In this document: in pieces, positions 42,301 through 52,240 of the stretch
Layout of the letters: each line of letters opens with the position of its first letter
Position numbering within the stretch: position 1 is the stretch's first letter
Translations under genes and position numbers: made by a program
The notes under the pieces: model-generated
Databases searched by the model: none
What the model was told of the DNA's origin: nothing
The model's input: only the letters and a program-made list of their open reading frames with translations
Assembly: GCA_965223905.1 (NCBI GenBank)
Contig: CBDCXV010000009.1
Coordinates: forward strand, 868,506-932,505
Length of the DNA: 64,000 nucleotides
Reading direction: 5' to 3'
From: Candidatus Latescibacterota bacterium
GTDB taxonomy: Bacteria > Latescibacterota > UBA2968 > UBA8231

Positions 42301-45300
42301 CGAGCGTCGCGTTCACCTCGACGCCGGCCTCCGGGCAGAACAACACCTATAAATTGAACGACGTGATCGACGTGACCGTGACCTTCAACGAGGCGGTAAC
42401 CGTCACCGGCACACCGCAGATCGACCTGCCGATAGGTACTACCGTGCGCCAGGCCGACTATAAAAGCGGCTCGACCACGACCCGGCTCCTGTTTCAGTAC
42501 ACGGTGCAGGCTGACGACGAGGACACTGACGGCGCAAGCATCAACGCCAACAGCCTCAAGCTCGACGGCGGGGGCATCCGCAAGAACAACTCCACCATAA
42601 ACGCGGACCTCGCGCACGGCGCGCAGACCAATCAATCCGGCCACAAGGTCGATGGCGTTGCCCCGGCGCTCACCGAAGCGGAAGTAGAGGGAGACGAGTT
42701 GGCGCTGTTGTACGGCGAGGCGCTCGACAGCAGTTCCCAACCGGCGACCGGCGATTTCGCGGTAACGGTAGATAGCGAGGCACGGAGCGTCTCCGCGGTT
42801 GCGATGAGCAGCAGTGAGGTGAAGCTCACCCTCGCCTCTGCCGTAACATCGGGCCAGGCGGTAACGCTGACCTACACGCCGGGGACCAACCCGATACGCG
42901 ACCGGGCGCAAAACCCGGCTATCGCCCTCACGAATCTGACAGTGGCGAACCAGACCCAGGACCCGACCATCAATATCTGCAACCGCACCGCGCAGGTGCG
43001 CGACGCGATCGTCGCGGCTGCGCCGGTAAGCACCTGCGGTGCTGTAACGGCGGACCATCTATCCGCGATTACCGTCCTCGACCTGGATGGCAAGGGCACA
43101 TCGACGCTGAAAGCCGGGGATTTTTCCGGGCTGACGGCACTGGAATCTCTCGACCTGTCTTGGAACAGACTCAACAGCCTGCCGCAGAATATCTTTTCCA
43201 ACCTGTCGGCACTGGAAAAACTCAAACTGTATGGCAACCAACTCAGCAGCCTGAATGATGCGAATATCTTTTCCAGCCTGTCGGCATTGAAAAGGCTCGA
43301 CTTGAGAGGGAACGGTCTTCGCAGCCTGGACGCGAATATCTTTTCCAGCCTGTCGGCACTGGAAGTACTCTACCTGGGAGATAGCAACATACTCAGCAGC
43401 CTGGACGCGGATATTTTTTCCAACCTGTCCGCACTGGAAGAGCTCTACTTGAACGACAACGACCTCAGCAGTCTGGATGCGAATATCTTCTCCAACCTGT
43501 CGGCACTGAAAACACTCTGGCTGAATAGGAACGACCTCAGCAGTCTGGATGCGAATATCTTCTCCAACCTGTCGGCACTGAAAACACTCTGGCTGAATAG
43601 GAACGACCTCAGCACCGTGGCTTCGGATGCGTTTTCGGGTCTGACAGCACTTGAAACGCTTCGCCTGGACTACAACCAGCTCACCAGTCTGGATGCGAGT
43701 ATGTTTTCCGGCCTGTCCGCACTGGAAGCTCTCTGGCTGAATAGGAACGACCTGAGCACCGTGGCTTCGGGTGCGTTTTCGGGTCTGTCAGCACTGGAAA
43801 CGCTCTATCTGGACGGAAACGATCTGCAACCAACCTCCCTGCCGGCGGGCGTATTTTCCAGTTTGACGGCACTGGAAACGCTTCGCCTGGACGACAACCA
43901 ACTCAGCAGTCTGCCGGCCGATTTCTTTTCCGGGCTGTCAGCACTTCGAGAACTCTTTCTCAGCGGTCAACAATCCGGTCACAAACTCGGCAGTCTGGAC
44001 ACGAACACATTTTCCGGTCTCGCCGCGCTGACAAGGCTCCACCTGAACGACAACAACCTCAGCAGTCTGCCCGATGGCGTTTTTTCCGGACTGACCGCGC
44101 TTGAAGCGCTCATACTGGCGGGCAATACAGTCGATCCCCTGCCCATTACTGTTTCGCTGGAATCGCCTGGCAGCCGTGTATTCAGGGCCAGAGCGCACAC
44201 CGGCGCGCCTTTTGCAATGACCCTCCCGCTCCAGGTGGTCAATGGCACGATCGGCAGTGGCGCCGTCAGCATCGAGATTCCCCAGGGCAGCGTGGAAAGC
44301 GGCTTTCTCACCGTTTCCCGCACCGCCGGTACCACCGCTGCGGTCACCGTCGACGTCGGCACATTGCCGGACTTGCCCTCAAGCGACAACGGCTACGCGC
44401 TCGTCAAATCCACCGACCTGCCGCTGAAAGTGATAGAAGGGCTACCGGGTGTGACAGTTGATCCGACGGTGTTGACCATACCGGAGGGCAACAGCGACTC
44501 GTACACAGTGGTACTGCAATTGCAACCGACCGAAGACGTGACGGTCGCAGTGACTGTGCCGGTAGGTTCGGATGCTTCCGTTGACCCCTCTGAGAGCCTG
44601 ACGTTCACGGAGGACAATTGGGACGATTCGCAAACGGTAACGGTCACCACCCGGGCGGACGTGGACGACGCGGATGACACGGTCACGCTGAGCCACACGG
44701 TGAGCGGCGGGAACTATCAGGACGTGACCGCGGATAACGTGACCGTGACCATTGCAGAGGTGGACGTCAGCGCCAACAACCCGCCGGTCTTCACCAGTGG
44801 CGATATCTTCGATGTGAAGGAAAACGAAACCGACGTCGGCACGGTGGTTGCCGCGGATGCCGATGCCAGAGACCCTATCACCGGCTATGAGATTACCGGC
44901 GGTGCCGCCCAGGCGCAGTTCTCGATCACGAGTGGGGGCGTAGTGACCTTTGCGACCGCCCCCGACTATGAGCGTCCACCCGCCACCGCGAGCAATAACA
45001 GATATGTCGTCGCGGTCACGGCGACCAGCGGCGCGGGCAGCCGTGAACGGACAGCGACTCAGACGATAACCGTCAATGTAGATGACGTAGATGAACCTCC
45101 GGGACGGCCGCCGGCGCCGATACTGACTGTTTTCGACAGCGGATTCCAGCCTGTCGTCCTGGTGCACGAGGGCCGGACACCGCCGACGAATACGGGTCCT
45201 GACATCACCGCCTGGGACGTTCAGTATCGCGTCAAGAACAGCGGCGCCTTCACAGCCACCATTTTGAACAAGCCACCGGATTGGGTGCAGGAAATCACGG

Positions 45301-46880
45301 GTTTATTGCGAAACACGACCTACGAGGTGCGGTTGCGGGCGAAGAACGACGAAGGGGAGAGCGAGTGGTCTCCTTCGTCCGAGGCGACGATCCCCAATGC
45401 CTCGCCGATAGCCAGCGGCAGCATTGACGATCTGACGATGCCCGCAGGGGGCGCCGTCGCGGTCGTGGCCGTGGATGACGCGTTCGACGATCCCGACGAT
45501 ACCCGCTTGCGATATACGGCGACGTCGAGCAACGGCGCCATCGCGACCGTGCGGATGATCGGTGGCGTGGTCCTGATCGATCCGCTATCCCGCGGCACCG
45601 CGACGATTACCGCAACGGCGACCGACCCCTGGGGCGCGGCCGCCTCGACAACCTTCGACGCGACTGTTCAGACGCCGGCCCTGGCGGCGCCCACCCTGAG
45701 CATCAGCGGCAATGTCTTCTCATTCGGATTCACCGATGACTTCGCCGCCAACGAAACCCGGTTTTACGAAGTCAGAATCCGGCAAAAAGCAAATATCGGA
45801 CCGTGGTCCAGGGCCTGCATCCGCGCCACAAACAGGGCAGATTTCTCCCAGAACAGCGCGGCGTCGCTGGATATCCTGGCCTCCAGCTTCTTTGAGCCGG
45901 GCGCCACTTATGAAGCGGATTACGGATACCTGGGCACGGATTGCGGCGGCAGCGTCGTGGGCGTTCGCTCCGCGCCTGCCGAAGCGACGACCGCCGGAAC
46001 GCCTTCCTTCGATATCGACCTGGTCTTCGCCGGCAGCATCTCCTCGAGGTACCAGTTGGCGGTTGAGAACGCCGCCCGGCGTTGGGAGCAGATCATCACG
46101 CACGACGTCCCCAACCATCCCTTGTCCGATAACACGCGCATTTTCTTGAACGAGCTTTATCCTGGAATCACGGTCCCCGACAACGTCGATGATCTGCTGA
46201 TCTACGTGAAAATCGCACCCATCGACGGGGCAGGAGGCACCCTCGGACAGGCGGGATCGGATGTGTGGCGCGTTCCGTCCGCCTTGCCGATCGTATCCTT
46301 TATAGAGCTTGACGCGTCCGACCTGGATACAATGTCCGACCAGTTACTGGCAGGCCTTATTCTGCACGAGATAGGTCACACTTTGGGATACGGTATTGAC
46401 CCGTGGACAGATCACAACCTGCTGCAGAATCCATCCCTCGGTGCGTATAACAACCGCATTGTTCCCGCGCCCGACACCCATTTCTCAGGCGCAAACGCGA
46501 TTGCGGCCTTCAACGCCGCGGGAGGGACGAGCTACACGGGCGCGAAGGTGCCGGTGGAAAACACGCTTGGGGGATCGGGCAGCCGGGACAAGCACTGGCG
46601 GGAGTTCATCCTCGACGACGAACTCATGACGCCCAGAATTGGCGGCGCTACGCACCCGCTGAGCGCGATTACGATTCAGTCACTCGCCGATATAGGCTAC
46701 CGCGTCGATGCCGCGCAGGCCGACGCCTACACGGTGCCCGACGCATCTACGCGAGTGGCCACGGCGTCCGCGGGGGATTCGGTTCCGATCAGCTGTGCGA
46801 TCATAACGCACCCCGGCGCCGGGCCGGATCGGCCTGAGCCCATTGTCCTTGAGGTGAAGCGCACCGGCGAGAAAAGATGA
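39330..46880 (+). CDS. Giant surface protein: cadherin and FN3 repeats, SwmB-like, LRR, C-terminal leishmanolysin (M8)-like zinc peptidase
   Basis: ATDxD/DYE/DVDEPP cadherin motifs; TWTEP..NTGP..YDVQYR FN3; ~14-15 LRRs; LHEIGHTLG...HWRE...ELMTP. Confidence 0.9.
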   Translation: MAENTAGGQDIQHPISATDEDRDRLTYRLSGDDADSFTLNTSNGQLRTRSGVTYDYEDKDRYSVTVEADDRRGAAASIDVTIYVADVDEPPEAPARPRVEPGDSKSLTVTWTEPANTGPGVDGYDVQYRKDGSFLPWPHSGSGTSTTITDLDLNTRYEVQVRASNDEGTGAWSSSGFGTTSANQRPVFDEGGSATRSLAENTPPDRDIGSPISATDPEGGAVTYSLSGRDASSFTIDPNNGQLRTQTGVEYNYEVQNRYSVTVEAQDEQGGRATIAVTIDITDDDNERPQRPDRPSVTASTLTSLSVRWIEPSNTGPPITDYNVQYREGSSGAFTAAAHNGTGTTTTIANLESDTSYEIQVQATSDEGTSPWSPSGNGRTVANQAPTFTEGTSTTRRLAENTTGTTDIGNPITATDGDGGTLTYRLEGTDRASFTLDVNQLQTIAGVAYDYEEKSSYVVIVRVEDSQGGSNTIEVTIDLIDQQEPPGTPAAPGVSAASSTSLTVTWTEPANTGPDIDDYDIQYREGDSGGFTSWTHSSAERTATITGRSPGTSYEVQVRARNAEGTSDWSPSGTGSTHPNQPPVFTDGSSATRRLDENTTGVQNIGDPISATDPENTALTYSLEGTDKDAFTIDTRSGQLRTDGDETYDYETKPRYVLSVKATDGHGRDRSIPVLINLNDVNEPPSFTSDAAFETGENNQSIGRVDAEDVDNADRITGYTLTGGSDRDRFEINSGGVLTFKNDPNFEDPADNGRNNEYIVVVTATGGTGGRAMTAEQTITVTVTDENEPPRFTSDNSLQVKENKRFVGRVAAEDVDSDDHITGYEVTGRVDRNRFEITNTNELHLKEDPDFERPADVGSNNQYIVAVTATGGTGTRERRTEQRIFVIVENVDEPPGKPGPPTVSDETENSLTVTWTEPANTGPDVTNYHVQYRISGTFTDWPDTGPSRTRTITGLRSGRTYQIQVQAENDEGKGAWSNSVNGTTLTAPTVSSVAFTSTPASGQNNTYKLNDVIDVTVTFNEAVTVTGTPQIDLPIGTTVRQADYKSGSTTTRLLFQYTVQADDEDTDGASINANSLKLDGGGIRKNNSTINADLAHGAQTNQSGHKVDGVAPALTEAEVEGDELALLYGEALDSSSQPATGDFAVTVDSEARSVSAVAMSSSEVKLTLASAVTSGQAVTLTYTPGTNPIRDRAQNPAIALTNLTVANQTQDPTINICNRTAQVRDAIVAAAPVSTCGAVTADHLSAITVLDLDGKGTSTLKAGDFSGLTALESLDLSWNRLNSLPQNIFSNLSALEKLKLYGNQLSSLNDANIFSSLSALKRLDLRGNGLRSLDANIFSSLSALEVLYLGDSNILSSLDADIFSNLSALEELYLNDNDLSSLDANIFSNLSALKTLWLNRNDLSSLDANIFSNLSALKTLWLNRNDLSTVASDAFSGLTALETLRLDYNQLTSLDASMFSGLSALEALWLNRNDLSTVASGAFSGLSALETLYLDGNDLQPTSLPAGVFSSLTALETLRLDDNQLSSLPADFFSGLSALRELFLSGQQSGHKLGSLDTNTFSGLAALTRLHLNDNNLSSLPDGVFSGLTALEALILAGNTVDPLPITVSLESPGSRVFRARAHTGAPFAMTLPLQVVNGTIGSGAVSIEIPQGSVESGFLTVSRTAGTTAAVTVDVGTLPDLPSSDNGYALVKSTDLPLKVIEGLPGVTVDPTVLTIPEGNSDSYTVVLQLQPTEDVTVAVTVPVGSDASVDPSESLTFTEDNWDDSQTVTVTTRADVDDADDTVTLSHTVSGGNYQDVTADNVTVTIAEVDVSANNPPVFTSGDIFDVKENETDVGTVVAADADARDPITGYEITGGAAQAQFSITSGGVVTFATAPDYERPPATASNNRYVVAVTATSGAGSRERTATQTITVNVDDVDEPPGRPPAPILTVFDSGFQPVVLVHEGRTPPTNTGPDITAWDVQYRVKNSGAFTATILNKPPDWVQEITGLLRNTTYEVRLRAKNDEGESEWSPSSEATIPNASPIASGSIDDLTMPAGGAVAVVAVDDAFDDPDDTRLRYTATSSNGAIATVRMIGGVVLIDPLSRGTATITATATDPWGAAASTTFDATVQTPALAAPTLSISGNVFSFGFTDDFAANETRFYEVRIRQKANIGPWSRACIRATNRADFSQNSAASLDILASSFFEPGATYEADYGYLGTDCGGSVVGVRSAPAEATTAGTPSFDIDLVFAGSISSRYQLAVENAARRWEQIITHDVPNHPLSDNTRIFLNELYPGITVPDNVDDLLIYVKIAPIDGAGGTLGQAGSDVWRVPSALPIVSFIELDASDLDTMSDQLLAGLILHEIGHTLGYGIDPWTDHNLLQNPSLGAYNNRIVPAPDTHFSGANAIAAFNAAGGTSYTGAKVPVENTLGGSGSRDKHWREFILDDELMTPRIGGATHPLSAITIQSLADIGYRVDAAQADAYTVPDASTRVATASAGDSVPISCAIITHPGAGPDRPEPIVLEVKRTGEKR
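43458..43614 (+). repeat. Exact 72-bp tandem duplication of one LRR
   Basis: NDLSSLDANIFSNLSALKTLWLNR encoded twice by identical DNA. Confidence 0.9.
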
Positions 46881-46983
46881 GGCTTACCTGTATGCCAGCG
46901 CTTGTCCATCCGCCAACACTGCCTGAGGTCCCTATGATTCTCCCCCGTCAGGATGGCGCGTCGAGGGGACGGCGGGGCAATGG

Positions 46984-49509
46984 CTAAAAGTTGTAACTGA
47001 CTTTGGAATACCAAAACGCCCCATTGAAACCAAACGGGGTGTACTCGCTGTACTTTTCACCCACGGAACCCTTGTTCCTGTTCTCTTCCGGAAAGGTGTT
47101 GAGCACGTTGCGGGAGCCAAGGGTGATGCGCACTTCTGCATTCAGTTCGATGCTGGTTTCGATATCGAACAACGGCCACACGGCCGGGTATGTCTGATCG
47201 TTGTCCCTGTCCCACCAGGAATCGTAATAGCTCATGCGCACCAGGGAATCCCACCTGTCGTGGAAAGACTGCGTCAGGGTCGCGTTGGCGCGGCTTTCGG
47301 GGAGTGCTTCCTCCAGTTGGCGGACGCGTGTCTCGCTCAATGTTTCGGTGAGCCTGGTTACTTCCGTGTCCGTGAGGTTGTAGACAAGGCTGACATCGCC
47401 ATTGCCCGCGGGTGCGACGAACACGACGTCGACGCCGCGGGTTCTGGTTTCGAAGTCGTTGATGAAGAAACGGAAGGTCTGGATGTTTCTCGCGCTGGTA
47501 ATGCCCGAAGCGATCAATTGGTCGCGCTGGGCATCGGTCAGGGAGTAGTCCGATGAAATACCCAGGCGGTCCTTCAGGTCGATCTGAAAATAATCGACGG
47601 TCAAACTGAAGTTGGCCCTGTCGACGATGAAGCCGGCGGTGAAGTTGTTCGACTTTTCAGGGTCGAGAGGCTGGCCGCCCACCAGTTCCGAGGCGGCGTG
47701 GGTCGATGGAATGGTGCCTATGTTGACCAGGTCGTTCAACGCCGGATCGAAGCGGGTCGATACGTTGAAGGAATTCTGTTGACCGGGTGTGGGGGCTCTG
47801 AAACAGGTGCTGAAACTGCCGCGCAATTTCAGCTCTTCGGTGATGCCGTAGTTGGTAGCCGCCTTGTAGTTGAGGGTCGAACCAAAGTCACTGAAGTTTT
47901 CATAGCGCAGCGCCAGACCGAGCAGCCAATGGTCCGACGGGGTCCATTCGGCATCCCCATAAGCCGCATAGTTGGACCGGCTCCAGTCGCCGCCGGCTAT
48001 TTCGCTGAAGCCGGAAAAGCCATTGGACGCGGCACTGAATCCCTGGGGGGCCAAAGGACCTATTTCATAGGACTCGGGTTGTCCCTGCACAACTTCGTAG
48101 GTCTCATTTCTGTATTCGAGACCGGCGGCCAGGAAGACCTGTTCGCTTGCCGGAAATGTAACGTCGAGGTTCAAATTGAGGTCTTTCTGGATATAGCCTC
48201 CGGGATCGAATTCCGTGGGGGTATCGCGTCCCAGAGAGGCATTCACCGTGTTCTTGATGGCGAAGTCGGCTTCGTGCCTTCCGTGATAGGCGCTGAGGTC
48301 CCACGTCCAGAGCGGATCGAACCTTGTGCCCTTGACCCCCACGAGAACAGCCTGATCGGCGGCGGTGCCGCCGAACCGGGGGGTGAAACCGCCGGGAAAG
48401 AGTTCGCGGAAGGTGAAATAGTCGTCTCTGTTATTCAGGACCTGCTGCAGCGCGTCCGGGTCGGCCACGTTGTCGGTTATGGCGACTGTGGGAGGATCGG
48501 GCGCATCCGGGTCCAACTTGCCCACGAGCAAGGTCTCGCCGCCATCGGCACTGAAGACGCCCCCGCGCGTATTGGGATTTCTGAAGAAGAATCCGCCTTC
48601 CACTTCCTTGCTCGCATGGTTGGCATAGCCGTAGAACCGGGTGTATTCCGACAGGTTTCCGCCGTAGTTGGCAAAGAATTTGAGGTCGTTCCTGATGATG
48701 GGCGAACCCCAGACCTGGGCGGGATCGGCCACGTCGGTATTGCCGGCGGCGATGAGCGCCCTGGCGTCGTCGCGTTGCGCCGATCGATCGGTATCGTCGG
48801 CGTTGCCGTATTCCAGGCTGAGGTTGGCCCACGCATTTTCTCTGCCCAGACCGATGTTGCCGGCGAAGCTGCGCGTGAACCCATCGCCTGCCTGGTAGAT
48901 ACCGGGCCTGATTTCAATCGAGCCGCCCCGGTGGCGGTCTTTGAGCTGGAAACTCATCACCCCGGCAATGGCGTCCGAACCGTATTGCGCCGAGGCGCCG
49001 TCGCGCAGGACTTCCACCTGTTTCAGGGCAATCGCCGGAATGACCGATAGGTCGGCCCCTTGGGCGCCGTCCGCTACGCCGTTGCCGTGCCAGACGACGA
49101 GAGAGCTGCGATGGCGGCGCTTGCCGTTGACGAGCACCAGCGTGTGGTCGGGGGCCAGGCCGCGCAGATTGGCCGGACGGACGAGAGTGGAGGCGTCGCT
49201 GATGGGCTGGGTGTTGACATTGAAGGAAGGCACAACCGTTCTCACCAGGTTCTGCAGATCGGCTTCGCCTTGTTTGACGATCTCGGCGCCGCTGACCACG
49301 TCGACGGGCACGGCCGAATCGACGACGGAACGCGGTTTTGCCCGGGAACCGATGACCACCAGTTCTTCGAGGACGATCACCTCGTCAAAGACGGATGTCG
49401 TATCCGAGCTTTCGGAGTGTGGCGTTTCCTGCGACGCGGCCGGTCCATGCGCAACGAGCATGGCGGCCATGCCGAGCGCGAGAGACAGGAAAAAATAGTT
49501 GTGTTGCAC
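46984..49509 (-). CDS. TonB-dependent receptor
   Basis: GTG after AGGAGG; LEELVVIGSR TonB box; LRGLAPDHTLVLVNGKR, VEVLRDGASAQYGSDAIAGV; ends YSKVSYNF. Confidence 0.95.
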   Translation of the reverse strand: MQHNYFFLSLALGMAAMLVAHGPAASQETPHSESSDTTSVFDEVIVLEELVVIGSRAKPRSVVDSAVPVDVVSGAEIVKQGEADLQNLVRTVVPSFNVNTQPISDASTLVRPANLRGLAPDHTLVLVNGKRRHRSSLVVWHGNGVADGAQGADLSVIPAIALKQVEVLRDGASAQYGSDAIAGVMSFQLKDRHRGGSIEIRPGIYQAGDGFTRSFAGNIGLGRENAWANLSLEYGNADDTDRSAQRDDARALIAAGNTDVADPAQVWGSPIIRNDLKFFANYGGNLSEYTRFYGYANHASKEVEGGFFFRNPNTRGGVFSADGGETLLVGKLDPDAPDPPTVAITDNVADPDALQQVLNNRDDYFTFRELFPGGFTPRFGGTAADQAVLVGVKGTRFDPLWTWDLSAYHGRHEADFAIKNTVNASLGRDTPTEFDPGGYIQKDLNLNLDVTFPASEQVFLAAGLEYRNETYEVVQGQPESYEIGPLAPQGFSAASNGFSGFSEIAGGDWSRSNYAAYGDAEWTPSDHWLLGLALRYENFSDFGSTLNYKAATNYGITEELKLRGSFSTCFRAPTPGQQNSFNVSTRFDPALNDLVNIGTIPSTHAASELVGGQPLDPEKSNNFTAGFIVDRANFSLTVDYFQIDLKDRLGISSDYSLTDAQRDQLIASGITSARNIQTFRFFINDFETRTRGVDVVFVAPAGNGDVSLVYNLTDTEVTRLTETLSETRVRQLEEALPESRANATLTQSFHDRWDSLVRMSYYDSWWDRDNDQTYPAVWPLFDIETSIELNAEVRITLGSRNVLNTFPEENRNKGSVGEKYSEYTPFGFNGAFWYSKVSYNF

Positions 49510-49606
49510 TGTAGCCTCCTGTGACAAGGGGTGTGAAATCGGGTTTCTACGCACCTGCCAGCAAAGTAATTCAGGTGCGTCGCATATTATGCCCTTTCAG
49601 TCTTTC

Positions 49607-49793
49607 GTAGCCGCCGACATTTGTCCCGGTGGTGAACCCCTGCGCGATACCGTCATTTGTTCTGGGATTGAAATTGCCCGTCACAGTCCGGTCCCAATTG
49701 CTCCACCAGGACAGCCGCACGGGTCGGCGTGGCGGTGACGACCAGTGCGACAAGCGCCGCGAACAGGACGGTTGCGATGATGCCCCGGCGCAA
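49607..49793 (-). pseudogene. N-terminal fragment of a secreted surface protein (signal peptide + AQxFTTG domain)
   Basis: LRRGIIATVLFAALVALVVTATPTRAAVLV, frameshift, then SNW...IAQGFTTGTNVGGY, similar to the start of the 9684 protein. Confidence 0.65.
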
Positions 49794-49870
49794 ATGGAGA
49801 TAGGAGCCCTTTTATACAGGGCTGAGTAATGGAGGGTTTGCGGTCAGGCCGAGCCTGATATGGACAGGTC

Positions 49871-50275
49871 TCACAGCTTGATCACGGCGATGAGAATGCC
49901 GGTCAGTGCCACCATGGTCGTGATGAGCCAGGCGAAACGGGAGTCAATGCGCTGATTGGTCTGGTCAATGCGCTGTCCGAGGGACTGGTTGACCTCGTCA
50001 ATGCGCTGTCCGAGGGACTGGTTGAACTCGTCAATGCGCTGATTGGTCTGGTCAATGCGCTGTCCGAGGGACTGGTTGAACTCGTCAATGCGCTGTCCGA
50101 GGGACTGGTTGAACTCGTCAATGCGCTGATGGGTCCCTGCGATTTGTTGGCGCAGGTCTTTGTTATCTTCGCGCATCTGCTGGCGCAAGTCTTGCAGGTC
50201 TTCGCGCAGATAGGCGACGCCCCAATGGGTATTATCCGGGGCGGAACCAGTTTGAGATTCGGTCGTTTCGGCCAT
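49871..50275 (-). CDS. Coiled-coil repeat protein with C-terminal membrane anchor (DUF1640/Bdr-like), short allele
   Basis: RIDEFNQSLGQ and RIDQTNQ repeats; tail FAWLITTMVALTGILIAVIKL. Confidence 0.85.
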   Translation of the reverse strand: MAETTESQTGSAPDNTHWGVAYLREDLQDLRQQMREDNKDLRQQIAGTHQRIDEFNQSLGQRIDEFNQSLGQRIDQTNQRIDEFNQSLGQRIDEVNQSLGQRIDQTNQRIDSRFAWLITTMVALTGILIAVIKL

Positions 50276-50446
50276 GATCGTGACCTTGAAGAGTGCGTGT
50301 CAGTGGGGGGTACACCTGCGATGGTGAATGTCGCTTACGGATATACGGACTTCATCTTGATCGTGCAACCGCCTTTGCTGGCGCGATGCGGTGGCTGTCC
50401 TGAACTCGGCACATGAAAAAGCGCCCGATGCCAAGGAGACACCGGG

Positions 50447-51005
50447 ATCCCCCCTCCACCTTGAATGCGTTCTGCACGTGCGGGAGCTCGGAATCGTCGT
50501 CGCTCAGTAAAGCCTCCCGGTAGGTGTTGGCGGCCGCCTTGACAAAGGCCTTCAGGGATTCACGGTCGACCACCTCGCCAGCGGTTGTTTCGGGACGCGC
50601 GATCCGGGAGTGTTCGACGGCCATTTCCAGCACGTCCTGATGGTATCCACTCACCAGGACGAGGTTCTTGCCGAGTATCCCGGATGTGAATTCGACGGCA
50701 TAGCTGATCTTGGGGTTGTGGTCCCCTTCTACGGATGGATCGTCCCAGTGGTATTCGACGAAGTCGCCGCCGCGATCTGCGGCCGCCAGGAGTTCCTGGA
50801 CGACTTTCCTGCCCTTGTCGTCCTCTACATCGATCAGGAGCTTGTTCTCTATCCTGGGATCGTCCCCGTGAATGAGGACGGCTCCATTCTTGAGCAGAAT
50901 CACCAGGAACATGGAGCCGGATTTCCATTCGCCTTCGATCATGAGGATGTCATGCAGCTCAGCGGTCTCCGTGAGGGTGTTGATCCCCTCCAGGTAATCC
51001 TTTGC
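50447..51005 (-). pseudogene. Cache-domain protein fragment
   Basis: EGEWKSGSMFL, DDKGRKVVQELLAAA..GGDFVEYHWDDP..PKISYA, TAGEVVDRESLKAFV; both ends missing. Confidence 0.75.
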
Positions 51006-51152
51006 CCCTTCGATATGGAAACACCATCACAGCTGCAATACATTGCTGCAGGTACCTAACCCTGCGTTTCAGAGGGGGTTGTCATCCACATCCTGTTCGT
51101 CGCTGGCCTTGGCTCATGGCTTGGCTTCGCAGGGCAATGCTTGTCATGCCTA

Positions 51153-51328
51153 TATTGTGGATACGGAGTTACCTGTTCTTCTCGTAACGCGGAAAGCGGG
51201 ACGGGATGGGACGGGAAGAGAGTTTCTACGAACGCATCCAATGCACGAAGACTTGTAGGCAGATCTCCTGTGAATCTTCGCTCGTCAAGAATGTCAGGTT
51301 CCAAGTCGGGTCCATCGTAGCGGACGTA
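51153..51328 (-). pseudogene. Diverged fragment of the AlbA/HATPase gene at 62925-63095
   Basis: DILDERRFTGDLPTSLRALDAFVETLFPS...EQVTPYPQ; clear nucleotide similarity. Confidence 0.85.
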
Positions 51329-51619
51329 ACCTCCTGTGGCAGGGGTTGTGAAATCGGGTTTCTACGCACCTGCCGGCAAAGTAATTCAGGTGCGTCGCAT
51401 ATTATGCCCTTTCAGTCTTTCTGCATTGGGTATACACAAATTCAGAATCTACATCGACACCGTGATCCCACTCATTTGTATCCGGCATAGTAGGCATGGA
51501 AATAGCGCGATCAGGCGCGGCTAAACAGACGTTGGCCGCAGTATGGAGATAGGAGCCCTATTATACAGGGCTGAGTAATGGAGGGTTTACGGTCAGGCCG
51601 AGCCTGATATGGACAGGTC

Positions 51620-52240
51620 TCACAGCTTGATCACGGCGATGAGAATGCCGGTCAGTGCCACCATGGTCGTGATGAGCCAGGCGAAACGGGAGTCAATGCG
51701 CTGATTGACCTCGTCAATGCGCTGTCCGAGGGACTGATTGACCTCGTCAATGCGCTGTCCGAGGGACTGGTTGAACTCGTCAATGCGCTGATTGGTCTGG
51801 TCAATGCGCTGATTGACCTCGTCAATGCGCTGTCCGAGGGACTGGTTGACCTCGTCAATGCGCTGTCCGAGGGACTGGTTGACCTCGTCAATGCGCTGTC
51901 CGAGGGACTGGTTGAACTCGTCAATGCGCTGATTGTTCTGGTCGATGCGTTGTCCGAGGGACTGGTTGAACTCGTCAATGCGCTGATTGTTCTGGTCGAT
52001 GCGTTGTCCGAGGGACTGGTTGAACTCGTCAATACGCTGATTGTTCTGGTCGATGCGTTGTCCGAGGGACTGGTTGAACTCGTCAATGCGCTGATGGGTC
52101 CCTGCGATTTGTTGGCGCAGGTCTTTGTTATCTTCGCGCATCTGCTGGCGCAAGTCTTGCAGGTCTTCGCGCAGATAGGCGACGCCCCAATGGGTATTAT
52201 CCGGGGCGGAACCAGTTTGAGATTCGGTCGTTTCGGCCAT
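51620..52240 (-). CDS. Coiled-coil repeat protein with C-terminal membrane anchor, long allele
   Basis: Same termini as 49871-50275 with 72 extra residues of 11-aa and 7-aa repeats. Confidence 0.85.
   Translation of the reverse strand: MAETTESQTGSAPDNTHWGVAYLREDLQDLRQQMREDNKDLRQQIAGTHQRIDEFNQSLGQRIDQNNQRIDEFNQSLGQRIDQNNQRIDEFNQSLGQRIDQNNQRIDEFNQSLGQRIDEVNQSLGQRIDEVNQSLGQRIDEVNQRIDQTNQRIDEFNQSLGQRIDEVNQSLGQRIDEVNQRIDSRFAWLITTMVALTGILIAVIKL

Noticed and set aside
49930-52095. Regular 33/21-bp repeats as a CRISPR array
   Set aside because: No unique spacers, lengths are multiples of 3 inside ORFs, no cas genes
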